Notes under the pieces: generated by a model
Database searches by the model: none
Told to the model about the DNA's origin: nothing
Seen by the model: the letters and a program-made list of their open reading frames with translations, nothing else
Part shown: positions 35,080 to 48,200 of the stretch, one piece after another
Layout of the letters: the number at the start of each line of letters is the position of its first letter
Numbering within the stretch: position 1 is the stretch's first letter
NCBI GenBank assembly: GCA_009103225.1
Contig: RHPI01001056.1
Span: forward strand, 1-64,000
DNA from: Chlorokybus atmophyticus
Lineage: Eukaryota; Plantae; Mesostigma and Chlorokybus algae
DNA: 64,000 bases
Direction: 5' to 3'
Translations under genes and position numbers: made by a program

Positions 35080-35760
35080 CTGTAACTGATTATGATTCGA
35101 TTGGGGTCATTGCTTGTTTTGCGTGAGTTTTGTGTGAATTCTGCTGCATGCTATGTGTGCTGCAATGCCGCTGCAAGCACGACAAGCCCTCGCCATCTGT
35201 TTGTCCCACTGGCCTCAACCTTGCAAGTGGTTTCGCTTGTTCGCAGTTCACATTGTGTCTATTCAATATTGTGTGTGTATATTGTCATGCAAGCAATGGT
35301 CACGAGCACAGCCTATGCGATTCATGACTTGAGGAGGCGGTCCGCAGCAACACACAAACTTGTTTGATGCTACAACAGCTGAACCCAACCTTTGTAATTT
35401 GGTGTAGTATAAAGCTGTCTTGACATCAATGCAGTGGTCACGTAGCAGTAAATGGGCATGAGTGAAACTAAACTACGCTTTCAGGCACCGCACCAGGAGG
35501 GTCTGGCTGTCTCTATGGTAGTTGGGATGGGAACAGTGGTCAACTAGTGAGGCATATTAACGGTTGTGCTCAGCCAAATGACAACAACAGACTCTCGCTG
35601 TATGACAGCGTATCGTCGTCATGCGCTTGCTTGGCTGCACGTTGAATGTGCATAGCATACGCCTTGTCTTGGCAACTAGGGCAGTCTCCGCTCCCCATCA
35701 AGGGAGCAAAGCTCATCACACCAGACTCCCCGTTAGCTCGCTGCACGTGCGTTCACACAC

Positions 35761-38134
35761 ATGCCTGAGCTGGCGGCGGCGGCAGCGGCAAGGAGGAAGA
35801 GGGTACGCAAGCCGGAGTCGGAGGCGGTACCCGTCCGACAGCAGCGTCACCGTCATCTCCAGCGCAGCTCGTCCTTCTACGCCGCTACCAAAGCCGCCGC
35901 CCCCTCCTCCTCCTCCTTGTCGTCGTCGACCGCGGCGGAGGCGCGCGCGGGCTTCCTGGGCAGGGCGGCGGCGGCGATCGCGGCGGCATCACCGCCAGTA
36001 GCAGCGTTCCTAGGGTGTGTTGTCTTTGCATAGGGGGCTTCGGATCAAGCATCACACCGTGTGGTGCATTGCATTGCTCTTGCGGAGTCTGATCGTGATT
36101 GGACAGGAAAATTGGTTAGCTTCTGTTGTGTGCACAAATGCAACATGCGCGCGTGAGTTGCGGACGAGAACAGCGCCTCATGCAGTTGCGTGCATGCACT
36201 TGTACGTCAGCATGTGCATGGCTGCAGGCATACAGGTACATGTGCTGCATGCATGCTGCACAGGTCGCATTCAAAGCGCAACACAACAACTTGCCCCCTT
36301 ACACTTGAGACGTGCAGGTCACCGTGCTGCACACGCAGCGCAATGACTGCTCACATAGTGCTGGCATGGCTTCACGTTGCTGGCGAGGTCACAGCACTCA
36401 GTCACATACACGCACAAATGCGCACAACACAAACATGCATGCAAATGCAATGGTACGCGTGTGCGGACACATATGCGCACGCACGCACACGCATGCACAA
36501 GTGCTTGGCCATGGTGTTTGCTGTGCATATGACACGACCCAGCTGACGTTGTGTCTCTCCTCCAACAGACTTCAGCTATGGGAGCTCTCGCTGCAACACG
36601 ACTTCGGTACACCAACCCCATTGTCATGACAGCTCGACCCCCGCACATCGCATGCAAACCAGGCGTCTTGTTGTTTGTTGCCTCACGCGTGTTGTTTTGG
36701 TCTCTATTTCGCAGCGGGCAAGCTGCGTTCCTGTCTGCCGCGCCTGTGCGGTTTCTGCCACACGCCGCTGCTGCCAGGAATCAACTGCACCGCCCAACCC
36801 AGCGCGGTAACGACAACAATCTTGGCATAAAAGTTGGTGTTTTTACCAATGTTGCGTGTGCGATGCTTTTCAACTGTCGTCATTGTGTCGTTGTGTGTAG
36901 CGACGGATTGACAGCGCAAAGGACGATGCCACGGCCAGAAAGCCACATATTGCGCGCGGGCGAACTGATGTCAAGCGCCCCGTGTTGGTACGCAGCTTCC
37001 AAGTTGTTCATACCTATTATAGCATGGACACTTGGTCATGTATCCACGTGCATGATGTCAGCTTGACATTCTTGTGTGCAGGTGTGCAAATGTACCGTGT
37101 GCGGACGAACCACGGTGGTCGCCGGTACACTGGCCGGGTTGACGCGCGTGCTGCAGGTACATACTGTGCTTGCGCGTGTGCAGCACATATATCAGAGCCT
37201 GTGTGTGCATGCGAGGATGCTGCGTGTGCATGTTGCAGATGTTTGCTGTGAAATGCTCAACAGTTGACTTGGGTGATTTGCTCATGTATCAGACGTGATG
37301 TAGTTGCAGGTGTAGGTGTAGGTGTAGGTGATGTACATTCGCACTTACCAGTACACATACGCATGTACATGTACAGACACACAAGCGCTTACCGATATCT
37401 GCGCTTGTACCCAGGCTGCCGGTGTCCAGCTGCCTCAGCAGTCTCAGCCCACATCCGTGCCAGCAGCAGCAGCAGAAGAAGAGGAAGACAAGCAGCCCAC
37501 CGCTGCTGCAGAAGCAGCCACTGAACCTCAACGCAATCAGATGCCGGAGCCTGGCGCAACCACTGCCGCAGGCACTCCAGAGCAACAACAACATCAACAT
37601 CAGCAACAGCAACAACCTCGCGTACCTCATTGCACAGCAGATGAGCCGACGCTCCACACCCCCACACCAACAGATGATGTGGAGGCCGTCACTCCTGTTG
37701 TTGATGCCGAGGCTGATGCCAACATGGTGGGGGAAGAACAGCAGACTGCTGCGCAGCAGCTGGAGGGCGGAAGCGGCGCGGCCCTGGAGTCGGTCACTGC
37801 AGACACGCATGTGCTACGTGGTGAGGATGTGGAAGATCTGAACGATGTGCAATCAGCCATGGAGCCGCAGCCGATCTTGCCACCGCTGTCACCGCTGCCG
37901 CCACTCACCACTGCGGCTGTCAGACCACCACCACCACCACCACCACCACCACCACCACAACTGTCACCTGCTCAGCGCACGCCCGTTCCCGCAGCCCCGC
38001 GCGCAAGTCTCCCCACTCCTCCCGTCACTTCTGGCGATGATGACGTTGGAGGCAGAAAGCGCAAGCGCAATAAGGGCAAGCGGCCGTCGCTGCGGGACTT
38101 GGCTGCTGCGGAGCTCAGGCGCAGCTTGCCTTGA
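35761..38134 (+). CDS. Rpr2/Rpp21/Snm1-domain protein (RNase P/MRP subunit-like) with a long acidic/Pro-rich tail
   Basis: Exons join in frame to give RQQRHRHLQ...GFLGR...LCGFCHTPLLPGINCT...VCKCTVCG (two CxxC); ends with an NLS-like RKRKRNKGKR. Confidence 0.7.
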
Positions 38135-38452
38135 GGGCGATGATGAGAATGATGCGGATGACTTCTGATGGGTGTGAATATGGTGAGTGGGAGGTGTACA
38201 AGCATGCACACGTGTAGATACAGTGGTGGTGTGCTGGTGTGGACAATGGTAAGTGCATGCACTTTGTCGCTTGGTGTCACATATAGACCACCTATGTGTC
38301 TATAACAGTTGAAGGTGATGTCTTATGGGACTTGCCCTGCACAATACTGCCTGTGAAATGCGCATGTTCACGTAGGTAAGGTGATGGCCTTGCTGCGCCA
38401 ATACCAGCAACCCGCTAATGCCGACACCGGCAACTCTTTGCTCAACCGGGGG

Positions 38453-38845
<393 letters not shown>

Positions 38846-40140
38846 ACCGTCATGTAACTGTGGCTGGTCACAACTTGGGCCTTTGACCTGGCAACGACGT
38901 GGGGATGGGCATAATGGAATGGTATTTCGAACTTTGCATTACATAGACGTGGGTCGCAGACTAGCTTCTCTGCTGTGCTTTGCCACTCCCTGTTGTTAGT
39001 GCGCATCTGTTACGTTCCAGCGCACACATGCTACTGTAGTACTGGCACTAGCGGCGGACTGCATGCGCTACTCAAGTCCACCTATCGCGGCTGCACCGTC
39101 CTTGTTAGAGGATGTCGCTTCGCTTGCCCGCCACTCTTTTTTCTTGTTTATGGTTGTGTGTTTATGTGGTGGGTGGGTGTACACAAAATGCGCTGTTGTG
39201 ACTTGCACATACAATTGGCTCTGTTGCATCAGACACCCCTGGACAGCCTATACATGTGCGTGACGTTGCTATGCTTGTGCCCAATGTGGTACATTCTCTC
39301 TTGAAAGTATACAAAAGTTGCAACATGCATAGCGCGCATGCAAGCAAACGCTATCTCGCGCATATCCTGTATGCACAAGCCAGCCAACTAGCACTCACAA
39401 GCAGCAGCAGTCATGCACACTCACCGTCACCGCCTTTAAGTATGCACACGACCAGCACGTTCTGGTTACGTTCTGGTTATCTCACCTATTGGTATCACCA
39501 CTACTTACACACAACAGTACCCACCAACCCCGTGAGTCATGCACGCATGCGAGCACACTTGGACGTTATCTGCACGCACCTGGTAGCAGGCGGTCAATCC
39601 CAACCGCAGTCCCAAACAGTCGCAGCAGCCGGATGCAAGCACTGTCAATGGTGGTGTGGTTATTATTGCATAGATCCAACGCACTGCATGGCGTTGCTCT
39701 GCTTGTGTTCTATCCATGGATTGCTTGCGTTGCAGGTACATACAATGCGGCGTGCGTATGCTCATGCATTAGACATGCAAGAGTGTGACTAATATACAAT
39801 GAGTGACACCCAATTACCACCAACATGTTTACCACCGGGTGTTGTGAGGTCGACAGAGACAAGTAGTAGTGGCCAACATAGTTGCTGAGCTGAGATTGTG
39901 CAGCCAGAAAAATTTCAACATATGGCAACTTGAAAAGGCACTGACACAAGCCACGGTATCACGCACGATGGCTTCTGTATGCTTCCGATCCCCTATCGTA
40001 CCCTACCAAATGCAAATTCAAAAGTCACAACACCACAGTTGACTACGTGTTGAGCTACAACATTGAACACAAAACTGTATCCGCCTAACGTAACCCAACT
40101 CATTTGGCACATATCCGTTTGCTCCTGCTGGCTTAGCAAC

Positions 40141-43100
40141 TTACTGGGCAACAACTACTGCTTCACTGCTATCTTCTGCACGCGGGGCTTCCAGCGGCTG
40201 GAAAGAGGGCTTCTTGAGCCGCAGGATGGCGTATGTAGTTGCATAATAGAACAACAATATTCTCGCTTGCGCAATTGATGCGCTCTTCAACGTGCTGTTC
40301 TCAAACGACAACCTACGCAGCACCTGACAAGCAACATAGTAGTCAAGACAGGTGTGATGGCAATGCCAACATGTCAGCATACCTGCTCTCCAGTTGCAGC
40401 ATCGCCTGGGTGGTGTGCTTCAAATGTTTGGCCTGAAAACTCGTTGACGCTCGCAGCCTCAAATGCACACCTGCAAGCAATGTAACAAGTCCGTGATGAC
40501 ACACTAGAACCATGCTGTTGGATGCTTGTTAGCAACATGTGATGTGCAGGGCACGTGTGCAAGCAACACGGCTACACGTACTTGATGAGAGAAGTGTGAG
40601 GTAGCCACCGCAGTACTCTCGGCACATCCGCATCATTGATGTAGTACCCGCCAAACACAATGAAAACAACCATTATCGCTGGTCCCAGTGCCATTGCTGC
40701 CTGCAATTTGCAACATCTACAGTCAAGGGCTTGCTGCTGCTTGCATGCGGTTCATTGGCTGGCAAAAACACCACAAACCTCAGTGTTTGCTGCGGCAGCG
40801 CCAACAGCGAGGCCGAGAGCGCCCGAAGTAAACGACTCGAGGGTGATGATGCCAAGGAAGCGTGCGAAGCGAGCTGGGCTGGGGTTGAGGCCTGTCAACG
40901 GGTACACAATGGCACCGAAGAGAAGGGGGAAGAGAGCTCCGACTGGCAGTTCTGCAGCCTGCGACATTGTGAGACTGTTATGAGAAACTTTAGTGTGGGA
41001 GTCTACACAGATAAACTGTGCACAACCACGAATGGAATCACATGTCCATGCTGCTGTGCTATAGTTCTTACCAGTTTGGCAGCCATGTAAGGGCCAACAC
41101 TGTAGGCGCCCTTGGCGCGCTCCTTGTCAACAATACTGCGCTCGCGGGGAAAGGCGCTGAGCGTCTTGATCAGCGATGACATTGCCGTGTTGATGCAAGC
41201 GACTTGCAGCAAGCCCTGCAAAGGTAGGTGGTCAGATGAACATCAGGTTGGTTAAGCATGTGCAGTAAACCAATGCAGTAAACCAATGCACTTGCACAAC
41301 GACATACCATTCTGCTCTGTATAGCTGCCTGCGTGAAGCCCAGCCGGTGGAAAATAGAGCCAAATATGAGCGCAGAGGACACGGATGAGGCAAAGCGTGC
41401 AATGGATGCTGCCTTGTCTCGAGTAACCTGCAGGAAAAGCAACTCCAGGCTCAATCGATCATGGCGAACACTTTTGTGCACAAAGCGAGGTGTTGTGACA
41501 GTGTGTTACCTGCCGCCATGCTCGCGCCCACAGAAGCTGGAACTGGCCGAACCAACCGCGTCGCTTGGCGGTTGCAAGCGGCCTCCTTGTGTGTGCACTG
41601 CTGACAGTCAATGCACTGCTGGTTGCCGCACGCTGACGTGCAGAAAAGGCTTTAATTAGCGGTCTTATGCGCTCATGGGAAGCGTCTGCTGTCTCCTGCA
41701 CCCGGAAACCACACAAGTGTTGTTTGGCTGCAATTTCAGCAAGAAGGCAACATGTTGGCCATGGGTACCTTGCTGGAGTTATCAACAGAAATGGCATCGA
41801 TACAGAAATCTGCTGGGTTGCTATGGGTTGGGCACTCCAATCCTTGGCTAGCAAAGAAGCTCAGACACTCCTTGACAGGGCCTGCAGCCACGAGGTTCAC
41901 ATACTGTCAACTGCTTAAAGGCGATTTGAGATAGTAACATCGATACTCGTAAGCTGGTCACACACCAAAATAAGCAATTTCGCCCTCTGCAAGGAGCAGC
42001 ACGTCATCAAAGAGCTCCCAAATAGACCCGCGGGGTTGATGAATGGAGCATATCACCGTGCGGCCCTCTTGGGCAAGCTCGTGCAGTGTTGTCATCACCT
42101 TCTCCGCCTGCAAGTGTAAAGTAGTGTGCGTCACACCATGATCCAAGCGGTGCAAGTGAGCCATACCAGAAAGACACAAAAAATCCAGCAGCAAAACACT
42201 AGCCAGACAGGGCAACTTAAGGATAGGATTTCTGTATATTCCACCTGGAACGAGTCGAGGCCAGTTGTAGGTTCATCTGCAACAATGATGCCTGGTTTGT
42301 CGATAAGCTCTACACCAACAGACAGTCGCTTCCTTTCTCCCCCGCTAACACCTCGCTCACGCCCAGTCCCTCCCACAGCTGTGTGGGCGGCTTTGGCCAA
42401 GCCGAGACGCGTGATCAGGGTGTTGACATACACGTCAAGGGCAGCGGGTGGGATAGAAGTTGGGAGGGTCAGCTTTGCGGCAGTCTTAAGCGTTTCGTCT
42501 ACTGTCAATTGTGTGAAGAAGATGTCGTCCTGTTCACAGCACCACGGTGGGCAACTAGTTCACATGGCTCACAAGATCATCTGTGAATCAGGCACAGTGT
42601 TGACATAGAACTCCAACTGTTGGATGAGCATACCAGACAACTTTAACAAATACCAAACATAGTGATGCCATGGTTGCTGTGCACTGCGTTGAATAGCAAA
42701 CAACCATGTCAGCCACCCTCACCTGTGCCACGTACCCCAGCCCATTGTCGCCATCAGACCCAGTGAGGGTACCTGTGAGCCGTGCGCCAGGAATACGCGG
42801 GAGGCGCCCCGCGATTACGTTCAGCAGCGTGGTCTTGCCGCTCCCGGAAGGCCCCAGGATTGCCAACAGACGGCCCGGAGAGGCTGAGCTGAGGCAGTGT
42901 TCATAACATGGTTTTGCAACTACTGACCGAGTGGAGTCCAGTGCAGCATGCAGGGTGACTAAAAGGCAGAGATTCTCACATTCAGCTGGCATGGTCACTG
43001 ATCATGATCAACATACTTCGTACAGATTTGAAGTTGCAAGTCAGGACACTGCCACAATGTGCGTTCCTGCTACTCACCCACTCACGCCCTTAAGTATTTC

Positions 43101-44041
43101 TTTGTCCTTCTTATTTTTGCCACGCCCTTCCATAACAGTGACATGGATGTCGTTCCATTCCACGCGCGTGCCAGGAGCACTGTCTTTGAGGATATCACTA
43201 GCACTGTTGTCGTAGTCGCCATTTGTGACAGTGTGAGTGATGACCTCGCCAGCAGACTCAGCCGGCCGCTTGCGACTGGACTGTATCAAACCTGTCATTC
43301 ATACTCGTCAACACCGTCGAGCGCATGCATACAAGCAATACGCCCTCACGTACGTGCAATCCCATGCGTGTAGCAATTCAACCTGCTCTATCTCCTCAAA
43401 CACCTCAGTGCATATATAGCGTCTGACCAATGGCAAGTAACAGCTGACATGCGGCAATCAGCACGCAGCTGGACATTGAAACGGATCACGAACGGATCAT
43501 GAATGCTTGTTGAGATACGTTCTGCGTTATGCTACTTACTACTGCTTGCGCGATGTTGCCTACAATTGGAGGGCATGCAAACGCGCAGAACAGCTGGTGG
43601 AGAGGTCAACGGCCTTTTCAACATCAACGGTGGGTAAAGGATTGTGTGGAAAAATGTGCACATTCACTATGCTCACAGCATGTTGGGAAAGTGTCAGCAT
43701 GTCAATCAAGTCGTTTGCAATGTCATGCATAGAGGTAGCCTGAAAACGCTTAGGCTGCCGGTGCATGTTGCATGCATTGGCAGCGTTTGCTTGGTGCAAA
43801 CGGACGAGCATTGTGCCGCTAGTCACAAGACGGTGACAGCTTCAGCAATGCTCTGGCCTTTGCGTCGCCATCAACGCAGCACCCGTCATCTAACATTCAG
43901 ATTACATTGATGTAATATCGCAAGCAACACCACTCCGAGAAGCGAATGCCATTGCGGCATCGAGGGAGCGCATGCTGAGCAAGTATTTTTACCTATGATG
44001 GCAGCGGCGCCCAGGCCAGCGACCACAGGTGGCGCAACCAT
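40141..44041 (-). CDS. ABCG (white-brown) half-transporter, ABCG7/WBC7-like
   Basis: Walker A GPSGSGKTT; signature VSGGERKRLS; Walker B IIVADEPTTGLD; SIHQP; TMD SALIFGSIF, FPRERSIVDKERAKGAYS, VFIVFGGYY. Confidence 0.95.
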
Positions 44042-45263
44042 CGCCTCCAAACCGGTGCCAGTTGAACATACCAATGGCTACCGCCGCCCCGCCGCCTGCC
44101 CCACAACGACCAGCACAAGTCGCTTACACCGACAGTTTGCGCAATTCCGTCGACAGTCCCTTCGGCAGTGTCCATAGTCGGCGTAGTGCATGCTGACGAG
44201 CTCAAGTGAAGTGCAGTAAGCAACGACTGACTATATCACAAGCAGGCAGCAAACGTCTGAACACTGCGGCTGGCACACACGTGACACTGTTGTATATGCT
44301 TCCCAGCTTCAGGTGCAAGCTGTCCAGCTGGGCTACTGCTGTCCTTTGCTTGCTTACCATACATGCGCTGTGTGATGGTGTGAGAGTGGCCGTTTTCAAG
44401 ATCACGCGAGGAAAGTGTCTTGTCAGTGGACGCCTTGCTGCTTCGAAGCGATGTTCTGTGCTGGTTGACAGTGACAGCTTGCCGCTGTAGCAGCTGCCGC
44501 ACAACATTCATGCATGGCTCCAGAACACCATTGTTGGAGAGTGACATTAAGTTACCGTATGTATCACGTGTTGGGATGTGGATGATACCTACGCCGCTGT
44601 TTATCAGCAGTGATGTGACCCGCCTTACAGCAGGCGGTGGCGGTGGCGGTGGCGGCGGCGTGGAGCCTAGCCCAAGGCCCACGCTGCTGTCTTGTCACAC
44701 GGCGGTGTGCTTGGTGGAGCAAGGCCAGCTAAGCTTGGCGCGCACACGTTGAGGTTGACTGCTCGCACGCGGCTGGTGCAACAGCTGGGGCACGCCACTA
44801 TGGCGTCAACTCAACCTCAAGGTTCGTACGCAAGCTGCGAGAACAGTATGGAGCTTTGTAGCCGTGTTGTCACTTGTTGCTGACATTTTGCAAGAAAGGC
44901 TCAGTTGAGCGTTCCGTTTTTGGTGTGCTCGGCACTGCAGCCCAAACGTTAGTGCAAATATCTCAATGCATTGCTGCGGAATGAGCCGCTTGCGTGTTAG
45001 TAACTCGTTGAGGAATAATAAGTGCTGTGGCTGATCAAGCGCTATTTTATCTTGAGATTGTGGATGACTGTGCGTTGTTTGCGTGCGAACGCAATGCTTC
45101 TGCAGGTAAGCTCGCGTGGCCGTGTTGTGCTGTGCATGCTGGAGAGACTGCAAGTCGCTATGTCTGCATCTCTTCATCTCTTCTTGCCTTCATCTTTAAA
45201 CTTGTCTACTGTTGGCAGGTGTTGAGCTAGGCGCCCCCTGTGAGCTTGATGGGGACATCAGCA

Positions 45264-48200
45264 ATGTCCCCCTGCAAAGCACTGCGCCTGCAATGGCCAC
45301 TGCTGTCCTTGCTTCTGACCCTGCTGCTGGCGTCTTCTGCCAAAGCCGCTGTTGTAAGGTAAGTTCTGCAATATGCTTTCTAGGCCAAGCACATGCTGTG
45401 CCCAGTCTATGGCTAGAAGCATAACAAGTCACGGGGACACTTTAGCAATGTAAAAGTTTGTGCGCTGCACAGTAACTACTGACATGGCCAACCTTGCAAC
45501 TGCACCGCAGGCAACCGGGATTCAATCTGATCACCGTGTTCAGCAACTTGGAGTTTCCCACATGCGTCCGCTTTTCTACCGATGGGAGAGTGTTTGTGGC
45601 TGAGAAGAATGGTATGTAATGGCAATCCTCAGCCCAGGCTCAGTCACCTGCCTGACGGTTCAATCCATGTTGTTGGTGCTGAGTGCTGACTTCATCAACT
45701 GGTGCAGGTAAAATCAAGGTCTTTTCAAGCGTCGCAGACCCAGGGCCTCCCACTGTCGTTGCTGACTTATCCTTGGTAAGTATTTGCAATCACAGTGTGT
45801 TGACAGTGTGGCCTGCAATACGTGTGAGGTGCTTCCACGTGCTTTGGCTCGGTGTCATCTTTTGCGATGATAGCATTCCCTCGTTGCTGCAGGTGGTGGA
45901 TACACCAGGAGATCGCGGCTTAAACTCCATTGCCATAAAGCCTTCGCCAACGCCAGAGGGCTACATACAGGTCACAGCAGTCCCTGATGGTTATCCCTCC
46001 ACGAGAGTGACTAGTCAAGTCCTGCCTAGCATGGAGCTGACGCTGCTGTGTGTGCAGTTGTATGCCAACTTCGCTGTGCGTAGCGGCGTGGATGTATGCG
46101 ACACTGAGCCGTGTGTTGCAAACAATCGCCTCTCAAGATGGACGTTGACTGCTGATAACCAGCCTGCGCCGGGAACTACTGAGGAAATCCTTCTTGATGG
46201 CTACTGGTGCCAGGTGCGTGCCCTCTGAGTAAGCACACAGCAATGGTTGACGGTCAGCACTTCACAACTAAAATTCTGTCTATGCAGGAATACCTGTCTC
46301 ACAGTGCTGGCGATCTCCTCTTTGATTCTGATGAGAACCTCTACATCACTGGAGGAGAGGGGTCTTCCTACTGGGCCGTTGACTTTGGTACGCACGCTTT
46401 ACAGGCACACAAGCTGAGCCTCTGGCCTACAGCCCAACGACACAGCGTTTTTATTGTATGTCTGCCACTTGCACTGAGGGTCCGTTAACTGGATTTGTGT
46501 TGTAGGAAACTTTGGCAACCTCTGTGGAAGTGGCAGTTCAACTTCACCCGGAACGCCTGGCACAAACCTGGATCCGCCAGATGCTGAGGGCGGGGCGCTT
46601 CGATCGCAACACTACAGGTTCGTGGTCTGATGCTTCAACCTCAGGCTGATCTTGTGTCTCATGCAAGCACTGCGGCAGAAACCGTGTGCACTACAACCTG
46701 TGAGCACTTACACTGTGATGTATCTTGCAGAAGCAGTCGGACTCCTTGGCAAGCTGCATACCATGGAACGCTGCTGAGGTTGAATGCCCTTGACGGCAGT
46801 GCGCTGCCGGACACAGCCGGTTTAATGCCAGTGATACTTCGGGCAAGAACCGCATAGTGGTGCGTTCATTGCTGAGTTTCGGTGCGCTTCCTTTGTCTTA
46901 CCTTCGTGCCCTATGCGTTCAACTGGTTCTGTTTCCTTGGGTGCCTGGCAAGTTGTCCTGACCTTCATGTGGCGTGCAGGCTCATGGCCTTCGAAACCCG
47001 TTTCGGTAAGGAGCTGAGAATCATGGCAACGCGTCACTGGTCGACACCCATGCATCAGTCATGTTTCATTACTGCATGCAGTAATGAAAATTGCAATGGT
47101 CAGGGGCTGTCTTCGACCGGGCACCAACGAAATCTGGTTTGGCGATGTTGGCTGGCGTGATTATGAGATGATAAAAATCGTAAAGACTCCAACCGCTGGT
47201 CCAGTGGTGAATTTCGGGTGGCCTTGTTACGAGGTAATGTCCAGCACTGGTGCCCCAGCTTTTCAGAGACGGGCTGCAATCAAGCTGTGACGGCTGATCA
47301 CCTTAACTTTGCAGGGCCCATATCAGCAGCCAGGCTACCAGTCTGTGAGCCCTCCTTTGTCTTTATGCACATCGTTAAGCTCAGCAAGTGTCACTCTACC
47401 GTTCTATAGGTAAGGCTTGGGGTAGCAGTGAATGTATATCTGCACCTCTGCATGGGTAAAGCAAGTAAGATGCACATTAACTGCCGGTCTCTTATCTGGT
47501 TTGTCTGGTTTCTTGTCGACCTTGCATGTCACTGCTTACTTTGACTGCATTGTAGCTGGAATCATGCGGCGCCCCCAAATCAAGATGGCAAGTGCTCAGC
47601 AGCAACCGGAGACACCGGCTCGGCTATTACGTCAGTGCAGTTTTACGCTGGCACATACTTTCCCGAACAATACCGGGGTGCTTTATTCTTTGCAGACTAT
47701 GCTGTAGGGTGCGTTTGGGCAATGCTGAAGGACGCAAGCGGCCAGTTGGATCCCACCAACATTGTAACGGTGATTGATCAGATCTCAAGTGTTGACATAC
47801 AGTCTGCACCTGCAGCGCTAGGAAGTGGCTTGTACACGGTGAGTTTTACACCGGCCTTCGTGATTAAAGTAATTATGTAATCACATGTTTTGTAACATAT
47901 GCTATGACATACAGGTGAATTTTTATGCTGGCCAAATTTATCGCATTAGCTATGGGGACGAACCAGTTCTGTATGCCGTGTTCACAACGAATCAAGTGTC
48001 TGGTGTGAAGCCCCTGCAACTAACATTCGATGCGTCACAAAGCACTGGCGCTCCACCCATCACTGCCTACCAATGGGACTTTGATGGAGACGGTAAGCTG
48101 TGATGTTTGTTTGTTTGTTACAGCGAACATGAACTTTTACGCTTTATGATGTGGCAGGTGTTGTAGACTCCACAGAGCCAGCGCCCTCTTACATCTACAC

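Noticed and set aside
44236-44752. Pro/Gly-rich ORFs between the ABCG and GSDH genes
   Set aside because: Probably promoter or 5' UTR sequence with a (GGC)n tract; no splice-consistent link to either gene.
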